From assembly GCA_963793265.1 (NCBI GenBank), contig CAWBZI010000004.1:544001-608000 (forward strand): DNA of 64,000 bases. The letters run 5' to 3'. The stretch comes from an uncultured cyanobacterium (GTDB lineage: Bacteria > Cyanobacteriota > Cyanobacteriia > Phormidesmidales > Phormidesmidaceae). How positions within the stretch are numbered: the first letter of the stretch is position 1; each line of letters starts with the position of its first letter. The notes beneath the pieces were generated by a model. It was not told the origin of the DNA and did no database searches. It saw only the letters and a program-made list of their open reading frames with translations. Positions 51,176-61,561 of the stretch are shown one piece after another. The position numbers were made by a program, and so were the translations under genes.

Positions 51176-52330
51176 TTGCATCAGCTTTATCGGTTTGGCC
51201 TTCGCCCGCTTTTGTTCAACCTGCTCAAAGCTGATCCTGAAACGGCGCATCGCCAAACTATCGATCTGCTGGCTTGGTTAGCTACACATCCAACCGCAGG
51301 CTCACTGTTCCACCAGCCCACTCGGCTCGCTACGCAGTCTGCCTTATCTGGCCTGTGCAGTGTGCGCGATCGCCGCCTCAACCAGTCACTTTGGAATCTC
51401 TCATTCGACAATCCTTTTGGCCTCGCTGCTGGATTTGACAAAGATGGCTCGGCAGCTCGAGCCTGGCCTCTACTAGGCTTTGGCTTTGCTGAGCTAGGCA
51501 CCGTGACCTATCACGCCCAGCCCGGAAATGCTCAGCCTAGAATGTTTCGCCTGCCGCGTGACAGAGCCGCGCTAAACCGGATGGGTTTCAACAATCAGGG
51601 CGCAGCGGCACTCTCTCGAACGCTGAAGACGCTGTGGCCGGAAGATAACTACCCTGTGCCGATTGGTATTAATTTAGGTAAGTCGAAGATTACACCTTTA
51701 GAGGAAGCGGCTGAGGACTATCGCAAGAGTTTTGAGCTGTTGAGAAAGCAGGGAAGTTATTTTGTGGTGAATGTGTCTTCGCCTAATACGCCGGGGTTGC
51801 GATCGCTCCAAGCCAAAGAACAGCTCGCCCCCATCCTCGAAACCCTCCAAACCGCCAACATAGACAACAGACCTTTGCTGGTTAAAATCTCCCCAGATCT
51901 GGCCACCGAAGACATCTACGAGATTGTAGAACTCGCCCAGGCGTGCAAACTCGCAGGTATTATCGCCACCAACACCACTATCAGCCGCGATGCTTTAACA
52001 ACTAAAACTATTGCAGCTACCGGAAAACTTGTCTCAGCAGAACCGGGCGGCATCAGCGGCGCACCTGTCACCCAGCGTTCTACAGAAGTTATTCGCTTAA
52101 TCTACGAGCACACCCAAGGCACACTGCCGATAATTGGCGTTGGTGGCATTTTTACGGCTGATGACGCTTGGGCCAAAATTACAGCGGGCGCGTCTTTGCT
52201 GCAAACCTATACTGGCTGGGTATATGAAGGGCCAGCTATGGTGAAAGCGATACTCAGCGGTCTGCTAAAGCGTTTAGACGAACATGGCTTAGAAAGCATT
52301 ACAGACGCTATCGGAAAAGATCTTTATTGA
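51176..52330 (+). CDS. pyrD: Quinone-dependent dihydroorotate dehydrogenase
   Basis: DPETAH, GLAAGFDK, NRMGFNN, NVSSPNTPGLR, KISPD, GGISG. Start probably TTG 51176 after GGAG (ORF open from 51074). Confidence 0.96.
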   Translation: MHQLYRFGLRPLLFNLLKADPETAHRQTIDLLAWLATHPTAGSLFHQPTRLATQSALSGLCSVRDRRLNQSLWNLSFDNPFGLAAGFDKDGSAARAWPLLGFGFAELGTVTYHAQPGNAQPRMFRLPRDRAALNRMGFNNQGAAALSRTLKTLWPEDNYPVPIGINLGKSKITPLEEAAEDYRKSFELLRKQGSYFVVNVSSPNTPGLRSLQAKEQLAPILETLQTANIDNRPLLVKISPDLATEDIYEIVELAQACKLAGIIATNTTISRDALTTKTIAATGKLVSAEPGGISGAPVTQRSTEVIRLIYEHTQGTLPIIGVGGIFTADDAWAKITAGASLLQTYTGWVYEGPAMVKAILSGLLKRLDEHGLESITDAIGKDLY

Positions 52331-53176
52331 TCAAACCTCGTCGGGATCAACACCTAGCTCTCTCAGTCGCGCAGCCAGCCTGTCGGCCTTTGCCTGCGCC
52401 TGTTCTGTGTCTGTAAGCTGCCATTTGCCTTGCAAGTCACACCATCTCAGCCAGGGGCCAGGTAAATCTTCAAAATAGCCTTCCCAGAGCCCGAGGCCGA
52501 TTTCTAAATCAGGTAGCCAAACAAGAGGCGCTTGATTGCTGATAGTTTGCTCTTCGTAACAATCTCCGTTGTGCTTGAAGTACCTCAACCGTTTGGTATA
52601 TCGGCTGTACACAATATAGTGAGGAACTTTTAGATACTCCTCATAAACCATGAATTTGTCAGGAGGCGTTGTTCTTTCGACCCTGCTTTTCTCAGGAAAC
52701 TCTGCCAAGGGAGAAGTCTCCGGCGTGATGCCTACATCTGCCCAGTTCCCAGGTACCTTGTCGCTTTTTTGGTAAAACCGTCCTAAATCTTGTTCTTCTG
52801 TGTTGGGAGAAATAAACTCAACGATCACTCGGGGCGGCTGGCCTTCATCCCACGTGACATAGCTTCTGCGAAGATCGTCATTTTTGTACAAGCGAGGAAC
52901 ATCGACTGCTAAAAACCAATCTGGGCGCTTGTGCCAGATGGGATGAGCCCTATCGTAGTAAACATTGATATCAGTGCCTGGAAAAAAACGTTTACTGGCA
53001 GTGTACTGCTTCAAAGACAGTGTGCGGCTGAGGAGCTGCGGTTGAATATCGTGAAACCCATCTGGCAAACCAGGCTCCTCTGGAAATTCACTGGGCAAAT
53101 CGTACATCGTTGGCCACTTTTTAGCGGCTGCCGACGAGTCTGTTTCAGGGGTAGCGCGGCCAGCAAGAGAAGTCAT
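52331..53176 (-). CDS. Uma2 (DUF820) family putative endonuclease
   Basis: LPSEFPEEPGLPD, RPDWFLA, RRSYVTW, VEFISP, WLRW, LAARLRELGVDP. Confidence 0.9.
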   Translation of the reverse strand: MTSLAGRATPETDSSAAAKKWPTMYDLPSEFPEEPGLPDGFHDIQPQLLSRTLSLKQYTASKRFFPGTDINVYYDRAHPIWHKRPDWFLAVDVPRLYKNDDLRRSYVTWDEGQPPRVIVEFISPNTEEQDLGRFYQKSDKVPGNWADVGITPETSPLAEFPEKSRVERTTPPDKFMVYEEYLKVPHYIVYSRYTKRLRYFKHNGDCYEEQTISNQAPLVWLPDLEIGLGLWEGYFEDLPGPWLRWCDLQGKWQLTDTEQAQAKADRLAARLRELGVDPDEV

Positions 53177-53243
53177 GAGTGAATGATACTCCGAGGCGAT
53201 AGTCCTATTCTATCTACGCGATGCCTTTTGTAATAAACAGCGT

Positions 53244-55604
53244 TTAAGGGCGCTTAACGTAGGTGTTTAGCCACTGCACCATTTCCCAAAGGACATGGCC
53301 AACTGCTTCTCGGGAGCGGTAGCCGTGTTCTTCGTATGGCAAGCTGACGTAGCGAACAGTGCCGCCTAAACCTTTGATGGCTTCGTAGAGGCGATCGCTC
53401 TGAATCGGAAACGTCCCACTGTTGTTATCTTCTGCACCATGAATCAATAGCAGCGGCTGGTTGATCTTGTCGGCGCAGGTAAAAGGAGACATTTTCATAT
53501 AAGTGTCGGTAGCATCCCAGAAATTGCGCTGTTCGCCCTGGAAGCCGAAGGGCGTGAGGCTGCGATTGTAGGCACCGCTACGAGCAATCCCAGCGGCAAA
53601 CAGATCGGTGTGGGCCAGTAGGTTGGCGGTGGTGAATGCGCCGTAGGAATGGCCGCCGATGGCGAGGCGATCGCGCTCACTCACTCCTCTTTCTACCAAG
53701 TAGTCCACCGCCGCCTGCGCGCTAGAAACTAACTGTTCTAAATAAGTGTCATTCGGCTCCGTATCACCTTCTCCCACAATCGGCATCGTTGGCCCTGAAA
53801 GCAAGGCGTACCCCTGCGTTAACAAAAACATCACAGAAGAACCGCTAGGTCTGCCAAAAGTATCTTCTGCGCGGGTCACCTGACTGGCCGTATCGCGGCT
53901 TTTGTGCTCTTCGGGATAGACCCACAGCAGGGTTGGCAGCGGGCCGTCTTTTTCAAGATCGTGGTCGGGGGGTAAATAAAGGGTGCCTGAAAGCTCTAAC
54001 CCATCGGTGCGCGTGTAGCGAACAATCTCTTTGTGAATATTTTCGTACCAGGGCAGCGGATCGGTGAAGTGCGTGAGCGCGGTTTCTGCTTTATCGGCTC
54101 TATCGTATAGCCAGTAGTTGCTGGGCTCGGTTTTACTTTCTCGTACGACGATGAGCTGTTTAGCCTGCGGGTCTAGCACTCTTCTCACCCGAGCAAAGCC
54201 ATCTTCTCCTGATTGCCAAAGTCTTTCTTTTTCACCCGTTTCAAGATTAAACCGATCTAAAAAGGGATAGATACCGCCGTCTGAAGCACCACGACCGTTC
54301 AAGTAAATGTCGCCCTCTGCTGACATTTGCAACACGTGCCAGGCATACTTTCCTCGTACGGTCATGGGCTCGCCTGGATTACTGTAGGCGTCTTGAAAGT
54401 TGCGCTCTTCTAACAGCTTTGGCGGCGTGTTTTCATCAGGAGAAATTTTCCAGGTACGGAGCTGACGAGTGCTGTATAGGGCTTCGTAGGCGATCGCAAC
54501 TGCCCCATTCCCCCAATCTAATGTATTAAACCGCAGCTCAGTCTTCCATAGCTCGCTCGGAGAGTCAGTGAAAGGAGCCGGTAAGGTGTGTAGGCGATCG
54601 CGATACTCACTTTCCTGATCAGCATCTCCCCCGTCCAAAGCCTCCACCCAATATAGGGTTGCAGGCTGATCGGCTCGCCAGCCTGACATCCGTCGCCCGT
54701 CTCTTACAGAATCAAAGTTAATTGAAATCTCTTCTGCTAGAGGCAAATCTGCCAGCGTATAAACAGAGTCTCCTTTGAGATTGAGGATTTCGGTGCGCTT
54801 AGGAAAGCGAGAGAGCGGCACCTGATACGAAAAGGGGCGGTGGGTTTTGATGACTTTAATCCACTGACCATCAGGAGACGGGGCGACGCCTGTGAACAGT
54901 TCGGCGCTCGTAACCGGCGTTTTCTCACCGTCTAGAGAAATCTGTACGAGCTGCGAGCTAAAGTAGTACTCCAGCAGCGCCTCATCGTGAGGACTGGCAA
55001 GCAAATTTGTATAGGTACGCGCAGGTGCTACGCGGCCTAAGTTCTCTTCGATGATCGGGCCGACTGGGAGCGGCGCTTTTGCAGGCGGGGGGCCACCGTC
55101 GGTTCGCACTTTGCAGAGGATTGTGTTGTCAGGAAGCCAGTAGATAGGACTGCCGCAGGTCGCGTTGATGATGGGGCCGGTAATTGCCTTGGCTTGTCCG
55201 GTTGTGACATCTAGTACCCATAGGCTGATGCCGCTGTCTTCGCCTGAAAGCTGGGTGTGGGTGAAAGAGAGATATTTGCCGCAGTCTGACCAAGCTAAGT
55301 CGCGAACGCGGGCGTCGGTGGGGAGCGCTACCGGGCGGGCTGTTTTTTCTTCGCGGCGACGGACGGCGATCGCACAGTAGTAGCCTGCTTTGGCTGGCCC
55401 CCAGGTTTGCGGGTTTAGCTGAAGTCCTGCGATCGCTACCACAGGTTCTGCTAGCTCCTCAATCGGCGGTAGCTCCATCTGCCCAAATTCAACAATCCAT
55501 TCTGCATCTGGCGAGAGCCCCACGACTGGAAGCTTGGGCGCATCGAGCATAGAGGCAATCGGCTCAGGGGGAGTTTGCCAGGTGTCCTGAGCGGGGAATG
55601 TCAT
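53244..55604 (-). CDS. S9 family peptidase (glutamyl-endopeptidase-like)
   Basis: GGHSYGAF nucleophile, ARSGAYNR, HGAEDNN, EEHGY. Confidence 0.9.
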   Translation of the reverse strand: MTFPAQDTWQTPPEPIASMLDAPKLPVVGLSPDAEWIVEFGQMELPPIEELAEPVVAIAGLQLNPQTWGPAKAGYYCAIAVRRREEKTARPVALPTDARVRDLAWSDCGKYLSFTHTQLSGEDSGISLWVLDVTTGQAKAITGPIINATCGSPIYWLPDNTILCKVRTDGGPPPAKAPLPVGPIIEENLGRVAPARTYTNLLASPHDEALLEYYFSSQLVQISLDGEKTPVTSAELFTGVAPSPDGQWIKVIKTHRPFSYQVPLSRFPKRTEILNLKGDSVYTLADLPLAEEISINFDSVRDGRRMSGWRADQPATLYWVEALDGGDADQESEYRDRLHTLPAPFTDSPSELWKTELRFNTLDWGNGAVAIAYEALYSTRQLRTWKISPDENTPPKLLEERNFQDAYSNPGEPMTVRGKYAWHVLQMSAEGDIYLNGRGASDGGIYPFLDRFNLETGEKERLWQSGEDGFARVRRVLDPQAKQLIVVRESKTEPSNYWLYDRADKAETALTHFTDPLPWYENIHKEIVRYTRTDGLELSGTLYLPPDHDLEKDGPLPTLLWVYPEEHKSRDTASQVTRAEDTFGRPSGSSVMFLLTQGYALLSGPTMPIVGEGDTEPNDTYLEQLVSSAQAAVDYLVERGVSERDRLAIGGHSYGAFTTANLLAHTDLFAAGIARSGAYNRSLTPFGFQGEQRNFWDATDTYMKMSPFTCADKINQPLLLIHGAEDNNSGTFPIQSDRLYEAIKGLGGTVRYVSLPYEEHGYRSREAVGHVLWEMVQWLNTYVKRP

Positions 55605-55648
55605 AGGAAGCTAAGGGTAGATAACAGTAGGTAGCGACTATTGTGAGG

Positions 55649-58633
55649 TTAATCGGTAAATTCGTCCATGGACGGGCAGGTGCAGATGAGGTTGCGATCG
55701 CCAAATGCCTGATCGATACGATTCACTGACGGCCAAAACTTGCGATCGCGTGTCCACTCAGTCGGAAACACAGCCGTTTCTCTCGAATAGCCCCGATTCC
55801 ACTCCCCAACCAAATCTGCTGTGGTATGCGGCGCGTGTAGCAAAGGACTTTCTTCAGCCGCAACCTTCTCATCCTCAATCTGTTGCACCTCAGTGCGAAT
55901 CGCAATCATCGCATCGCAGAATCGGTCTAGCTCACATAGCGCCTCACTCTCAGTCGGCTCTACCATAATCGTGCCAGCGACCGGCCAAGACATCGTAGGC
56001 GGATGAAACCCGTAGTCAATCATGCGCTTGGCAATATCATCCACATTCACATGCGCTGTTTTCTTAAACGCTCGCAAGTCCACAATGCACTCATGCGCCA
56101 CTAGGCCGCTAGCACCTTTATAAAGGATGTCGTAATGACCTTCTAGGCGCTTGGCAATGTAGTTTGCGCTCAAAATTGCCAGCTCACTTGCTCGCTTTAG
56201 CCCATCAGCCCCCATCATTTGAATGTACATCCAAGAGATCGGCAAAATGCTGGCGCTACCCCATGGCGCAGCCGAAACCGCTCCAATTGCCTGATCGCCG
56301 CCGGTTGGAATCAGGGCGTGACCCGGCAAGAAGGGAACCAAGTGCGCTGCTACGCCAATGGGGCCAACGCCTGGGCCACCGCCGCCGTGCGGAATGCAGA
56401 AAGTTTTGTGCAAGTTAAGGTGGCAAACGTCCGCGCCAATATCCCCAGGGCTACACAGCCCCACCTGCGCGTTCATATTCGCTCCGTCCATATACACCTG
56501 TCCGCCATGACGATGAACAATCTCGCAAACGGCTTTAATGCTCTCTTCAAACACACCATGCGTAGACGGATAGGTCACCATCAAAGCAGAGAGATTGTCT
56601 TTGTGCTTTTCGGCTTTAGCCTCTAAGTCAGCCACATCAATATTGCCGTCGTCGTCACATTTCACAGCGACGACCTTCATCCCGGCCATCACAGCGCTAG
56701 CGGGGTTAGTACCGTGCGCCGACTGAGGAATTAAACAGATATTGCGGTGGGTGTCGCCGCGAGACTCGTGGTATTGGTGAATGACCAACAGACCTGTGTA
56801 TTCACCCTGAGAACCCGCATTCGGCTGAAGCGAGACGCCTGCAAAGCCGGTGATTTCGCATAGCCAGTCTTCTAGTTCAGTGAAGAGAGTCTGGTAGCCC
56901 TTAGTCTGAGAAAGGGGGGCAAACGGATGGATTTGACCGAACTCAGGCCAGGTAATCGGCACCATTTCAGCCGTTGCATTGAGCTTCATGGTGCAAGAGC
57001 CCAAAGGAATCATCGCATCTGCTAAAGAGAGGTCTTTCTTTTGCAGACTGTAGAGGTAGCGCAGCAGTTCGGTTTCGCTGTGGTACTGATTAAATACGGG
57101 GTGGGTGAGGTAGTCGGAGGTGCGGCTGAAGGCTTTTGGCAGCGGCTCTGGGTTAAGTGTCTCTAGCTTGGGCGCGGTCTTGTCGCCTGCGAAGATCTCT
57201 AACAGCTCAGCAATTTGCTCAATGCCTGTTGTTTCATCTATTGAAATACCCAGCGTTTGAGGCTGGTTAGCATCGGCTGGATCTATACGTAGGTTGATTT
57301 GCCTCTCAGCGGCTCTAGCCACAATATCGGCAGTTTTGTCGCCGGTTATGACTGTGAGCGTATCAAATACCGGCTCTTCGCCTGTCTTATAGCCAAGTTT
57401 GCGCAAACCGTTTTCAAGTGCACTGGTGAGCTTGTTTACTCGAATTGCAATGTCTTTGAGTCCAGTAGGGCCATGATAAACCGCGTAGGTGCTAGCGATA
57501 ATGGCAAGCAGTACTTGAGCGGTGCAGATGTTGCTAGTCGCTGAGTCGCGGCGGATGTGCTGCTCGCGCGTTTGCAGCGCAAGCCTCAGTGCGGGCGCGC
57601 CTTTGGAATCTTTGGAAAGACCGACCAATCGACCCGGCAGCTTGCGAGCGTAGGCTTGTTTGGTGGCAAAGTAAGCCGCGTGAGGGCCACCGTAGCCGAG
57701 CGGTACGCCGAATCGTTGCGTATTGCCGACAGCGATATCTGCGCCGAACTCGCCCGGTGCTTTTAGTAGCGTTAGGCTGAGTAAGTCTGCGGCAACAGTG
57801 ACAATGGCATCAGCTTTGTGTGCACCGGCAATGCAGTCTGTGTAGTCGTAGATCGCGCCATCGGTGGCGGGGTATTGCAGGAGTACGCCGAAGAAGGGGC
57901 CATCGGTAGCAAAGTCGGTGGTGCGATGGTCACCGATGACAACTTCTATGTTGAGGGGGTGCGATCGCGTCTTTATCACATCAATCGTCTGCGGATGACA
58001 CGCCGAAGACACCCAAAACTTTTTGGCTTTCTTCGCCTCTTTGTTCTTACACAGGCCAAAGCTCATGCTCATCGCCTCAGCCGCCGCCGTGCCCTCATCT
58101 AGCAGCGAAGCATTTGCAATCTCTAATCCTGTCAAGTCGCTGACCATTGTCTGATAGTTCAGCAGCGCTTCTAGCCGACCTTGAGAAATTTCAGGCTGAT
58201 AGGGCGTGTACTGCGTGTACCAGCCGGGATTTTCTAGAATATTGCGCTGAATCACAGGGGGCGTCACGCAGCTTGAGTAGCCCAAACCGATATAGCTGCG
58301 GTATACCTGATTTTGAGCGGCAATGCCTGCAATCTTCTTCAGAGCCTCTGTTTCGCTCAAAGCCTTATCTACGGCTAGGGGCTGCTTGAGCCGAATGCCT
58401 GCGGGGACAGCCTGAGCGATTAAATCCTCTACGCTATCGAAGCCGAGCACCTTTAGCATTTGCGCAATGTCTTGATCGGTAGGGCCGAGGTGGCGAGACT
58501 CAAAGCGATCGCGCTTTAGGCTATCTGTCCACAGCGATCGCGCCTTAACTGACGAAGCAACGCCGACCGCTGTATCCGTCGCGGTTGCGTAGGTAGTAGC
58601 CTCAGAAGATGGAGCGGTTTGATCGTATGACAT
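55649..58633 (-). CDS. gcvP: Glycine dehydrogenase (P protein)
   Basis: [47 protein letters not shown]. Confidence 0.98.
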   Translation of the reverse strand: MSYDQTAPSSEATTYATATDTAVGVASSVKARSLWTDSLKRDRFESRHLGPTDQDIAQMLKVLGFDSVEDLIAQAVPAGIRLKQPLAVDKALSETEALKKIAGIAAQNQVYRSYIGLGYSSCVTPPVIQRNILENPGWYTQYTPYQPEISQGRLEALLNYQTMVSDLTGLEIANASLLDEGTAAAEAMSMSFGLCKNKEAKKAKKFWVSSACHPQTIDVIKTRSHPLNIEVVIGDHRTTDFATDGPFFGVLLQYPATDGAIYDYTDCIAGAHKADAIVTVAADLLSLTLLKAPGEFGADIAVGNTQRFGVPLGYGGPHAAYFATKQAYARKLPGRLVGLSKDSKGAPALRLALQTREQHIRRDSATSNICTAQVLLAIIASTYAVYHGPTGLKDIAIRVNKLTSALENGLRKLGYKTGEEPVFDTLTVITGDKTADIVARAAERQINLRIDPADANQPQTLGISIDETTGIEQIAELLEIFAGDKTAPKLETLNPEPLPKAFSRTSDYLTHPVFNQYHSETELLRYLYSLQKKDLSLADAMIPLGSCTMKLNATAEMVPITWPEFGQIHPFAPLSQTKGYQTLFTELEDWLCEITGFAGVSLQPNAGSQGEYTGLLVIHQYHESRGDTHRNICLIPQSAHGTNPASAVMAGMKVVAVKCDDDGNIDVADLEAKAEKHKDNLSALMVTYPSTHGVFEESIKAVCEIVHRHGGQVYMDGANMNAQVGLCSPGDIGADVCHLNLHKTFCIPHGGGGPGVGPIGVAAHLVPFLPGHALIPTGGDQAIGAVSAAPWGSASILPISWMYIQMMGADGLKRASELAILSANYIAKRLEGHYDILYKGASGLVAHECIVDLRAFKKTAHVNVDDIAKRMIDYGFHPPTMSWPVAGTIMVEPTESEALCELDRFCDAMIAIRTEVQQIEDEKVAAEESPLLHAPHTTADLVGEWNRGYSRETAVFPTEWTRDRKFWPSVNRIDQAFGDRNLICTCPSMDEFTD

Positions 58634-58836
58634 AGCAGCAGGGGTTTAAGGTGCATTTGGCCCAAAGGGCGCTTGCTGTAACAAAACTCTTATCATTGTG
58701 TAACAAAAATGTATCTATAGCGTTGGCACAACGGCTACAGGTTTGAAGTTCCTGGCAGATTCAGTTTTTCTCTTTTGAAAGAAATATTGCACGCCTTAGA
58801 CCAAGAAGATCCCCTCAACTGCTTATACTCCAATAC

Positions 58837-58874
58837 TTCAGCCCGCTTCAGGCAATAGGCCAAAGCGGGCTGAA
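58837..58874. terminator. Hairpin between gcvH and gcvP
   Basis: TTCAGCCCGCTT / AAGCGGGCTGAA, 12-bp perfect inverted repeat. Confidence 0.6.
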
Positions 58875-58936
58875 ACCGATTCTCTTATGACGATCTATTG
58901 AAAAATTAAAGCGCTCAGCATCTACAGCACTTATAG

Positions 58937-59338
58937 TTAGCTCTCCTCACCTTCCACCTGCTCCTCATACTCAGCCGCCGTCATCGCTTCATCTAGCTCC
59001 GACAAGTCATCCGCCTTCACCTTAATTAGCCAAGCCTCACCATAAGGGTCGTTCGCAATATCCTCTGGCGACTCTAGCAAGGCATCATTCCGCTCTAGCA
59101 CCCCACCGTTAATCGGTGACTTGAGATCTTCAACCGCTTTAACAGACTCAATTGTGCCGAAGTTTTCGCCTTTTTCTACCGTATCGCCAATCTCAGGTAG
59201 TTCTAGAAACACCACATCACCCATCTGATCGACCGCGAACGCAGTAATGCCAATCGTCACTATCTTTTCTTCTTCATCCACGCGAGCGTACTCATGCGTG
59301 TCCATGTACTGCAAATCTTCTGGATAATCAAATGCCAT
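58937..59338 (-). CDS. gcvH: Glycine cleavage H protein
   Basis: THEY, IESVKAV (lipoyl Lys), NDPYGEAW. Confidence 0.97.
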   Translation of the reverse strand: MAFDYPEDLQYMDTHEYARVDEEEKIVTIGITAFAVDQMGDVVFLELPEIGDTVEKGENFGTIESVKAVEDLKSPINGGVLERNDALLESPEDIANDPYGEAWLIKVKADDLSELDEAMTAAEYEEQVEGEES

Positions 59339-59470
59339 AGGGTTTCCTCAACGTGTGGGTGGCAGCAGCCGTCTCAAATTGAAATTATTCCATAGTGTCG
59401 TAACAGTGTCGCAGTCACCAGCGCTATATTCTCAACGCTCATTAGTACAATCAGACGCTCGGGTTCGATT

Positions 59471-60595
59471 CTAAGGAACCAGGCTTTGCTTAGTCGCTTT
59501 AGCCGCCTTATAGAAGGGCCGCTTCGCGACTGTTGCGACGAAAGTCTTATTCCGAATAGCCACCTTTACTGTTTGTCCAACTTTGGCTAGAGCAGGCGGC
59601 ACATAGCCAAGCGCGACCGGATAGCCAAGCGTAGGCGATAGCGTTCCGCTGGTGACCACGCCGACCGGCTGACCTTCACTCAACAGCGGATAGTCATGCC
59701 GCGCAATATTGCGGCCTTCTAGCGTGAGCCCAACCAATCGGCGCTTCAAACCGTCCGCCTTTTGCTGCTCTAGCACCGAGCGACCGATGAAGTTTTCGGC
59801 CTTGTCTAAATGCACCAGCCAGCCTAAACCGGCTTCTAATGGCGTAATCTCATCGTTAACGTCTTGACCATAGAGCGCCATTGCAGCCTCTAGTCGCAGC
59901 GTATCTCTAGCGCCCAAACCGCAAGGCTCTACCCCCTCTGCCATCAGCGCCTGCCAAACTTTTGCAGCGCCCTCAACCGGCACCATCACTTCAAATCCAT
60001 CCTCTCCGGTGTAGCCCGTTCTGGCAAAAAAGGCTGGATAGCCGAGCAGTTCGCCTGTGAGGTGGTTGTAGCGAGGGAGTTCGCTAATTGCTTCGTCTGG
60101 GCAAAGCTGCTGAAGCTTTTCGGTTGCCTTTGGCCCCTGCACGGCGATCAGCGCCTGCTCTCGTGAGAGGTCTTCAAACTTCACCGTTTCGCTCAGGTGC
60201 TCTTGTAGCCAGGTTTTGTCTTTGTCGGTAGTGCCCGCATTCACAATCAGCGTAATCTGCTGCTGGCCGTCTTTTTGGCCCTGGTGATACACAATCAAAT
60301 CGTCAATAATGCCGCCCTGTTCATTCAGCAATACGGTGTACTGCGCTTTGCCTTCCACGAGTTTAGAAAGGTCTGAGGGTACGAGCTGCTGGAGCTGGGC
60401 AATCACGTCTGGGCCGCTGAGCACAAACTTGCCCATGTGAGAAATATCGAAAGCGCCTGCTGAGGTGCGTACGGCCTCATGCTCCTGACGAATCCCGCCA
60501 AACTGTACCGGCATTTCCCAGCCTGAGAAACCAGTCATCCTTGCCTTTTGCTGAAGACAGAGCGCGTATAGGGGCGTGCGGAGCAGGGTGGTCAT
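59471..60595 (-). CDS. gcvT: Glycine cleavage T protein (aminomethyltransferase)
   Basis: LRTPLY, FDISHMG, RTGYTGEDGFE, GLGARDTLRLEA; start at ATG 60595 preferred. Confidence 0.97.
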   Translation of the reverse strand: MTTLLRTPLYALCLQQKARMTGFSGWEMPVQFGGIRQEHEAVRTSAGAFDISHMGKFVLSGPDVIAQLQQLVPSDLSKLVEGKAQYTVLLNEQGGIIDDLIVYHQGQKDGQQQITLIVNAGTTDKDKTWLQEHLSETVKFEDLSREQALIAVQGPKATEKLQQLCPDEAISELPRYNHLTGELLGYPAFFARTGYTGEDGFEVMVPVEGAAKVWQALMAEGVEPCGLGARDTLRLEAAMALYGQDVNDEITPLEAGLGWLVHLDKAENFIGRSVLEQQKADGLKRRLVGLTLEGRNIARHDYPLLSEGQPVGVVTSGTLSPTLGYPVALGYVPPALAKVGQTVKVAIRNKTFVATVAKRPFYKAAKATKQSLVP

Positions 60596-60689
60596 AGGTC
60601 GCTTGGTGAAAGAGGGTACTTTTGGCTGTAAGGACTGTAATTTTTGTTCGTTGTAGTTGAGTAGTGGGCGAGGCAATAGGCAATAGGCG

Positions 60690-61487
60690 ATGAGTGATGA
60701 ATCAATGGATAATAAGACGTTTTCAAGCCGTCGCTTAGCAGGAAGCTGGCTCAATACCTTCCAGTGTGTGATGGGCTCTCGGCCTCACAAGCCTAGCTTT
60801 GTTGTGTTTGATATCGGCCAGAGCGGCGGTATGATTTTGGCGAAGTGGTTTTGCGCGCATAGCGGCATTACGTTTCAAGAAGATATTCTGGCTCAGGCGG
60901 TGCGCTTCCCTCGCATGAGCGTATACCAGCACGTGCGCCAAGCTCAAGGCGAGGTGTATGGATTTAATGTGACGGTTGAGCAGCTCAGGCAGGTTCAGCG
61001 AATAGCTAATCCTAATCAGTTTTTGCAGGATTTGCACCGGGGTGGGTGTCGGGTGATTGCGCTGCATCGTCGGGACGCGCTTAGACATGCGATCGCTACT
61101 CTCAAAACCTACAGCGTCAACTGCCGCTTTGACTCAGCCGAGGCTACCCGCTCTAACAAAGTGACAGTAGACGTTAGCGAGCTAATCGCCTGCCTCAAGT
61201 ACTTAGACAACCAGCGCATAGAAGCCAACGCCATTCTGCACGGCGTCTCTCATATCAGCCTCACATACGAAGACGACCTGATGGACATAAACAGCCACGC
61301 TGCCACCGCCGAACGCCTTGGTGACTTCTTAGAGATTCCGCAGATTGAACCTGTCGGAGAACCGTTAAAGCTAGTGCATCAGCAGCTTGCCGATATCGTC
61401 GTTAACTACGACGAAATGCGTCAGGGCCTAGAAAAGTCTGATTATGCCTACCTCCTTACGAATAGTCGCTATTTGCTGACTGTGTAG
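60690..61487 (+). CDS. Sulfotransferase-fold (Stf0-like) protein
   Basis: FVVF...QSGG, VIALHRRDALRHAI, LTYEDDL, L..IVVNYDE pattern. Confidence 0.6.
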   Translation: MSDESMDNKTFSSRRLAGSWLNTFQCVMGSRPHKPSFVVFDIGQSGGMILAKWFCAHSGITFQEDILAQAVRFPRMSVYQHVRQAQGEVYGFNVTVEQLRQVQRIANPNQFLQDLHRGGCRVIALHRRDALRHAIATLKTYSVNCRFDSAEATRSNKVTVDVSELIACLKYLDNQRIEANAILHGVSHISLTYEDDLMDINSHAATAERLGDFLEIPQIEPVGEPLKLVHQQLADIVVNYDEMRQGLEKSDYAYLLTNSRYLLTV

Positions 61488-61500
61488 GCTCGCCAGATCA

Positions 61501-61541
61501 AATACCCCCCTTGCAAAACTACATCTGCAAGGGGGGTTATT
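61501..61541. terminator. Hairpin between convergent genes
   Basis: CCCCCCTTGCA / TGCAAGGGGGG inverted repeat. Confidence 0.75.
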
Positions 61542-61561
61542 GTTTGTCTAGAATTTAACTT

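Noticed and set aside
53244..55604. S9 peptidase as a RiPP-processing enzyme
   Set aside because: Flanked by Uma2 and gcvP with no biosynthetic genes.
60596..60689. Glycine riboswitch upstream of gcvT, and the longer 427-aa gcvT start
   Set aside because: Only about 95 bp separate gcvT from the divergent gene and no aptamer motif is visible; the extension overlaps that gene and lacks GcvT-like sequence.
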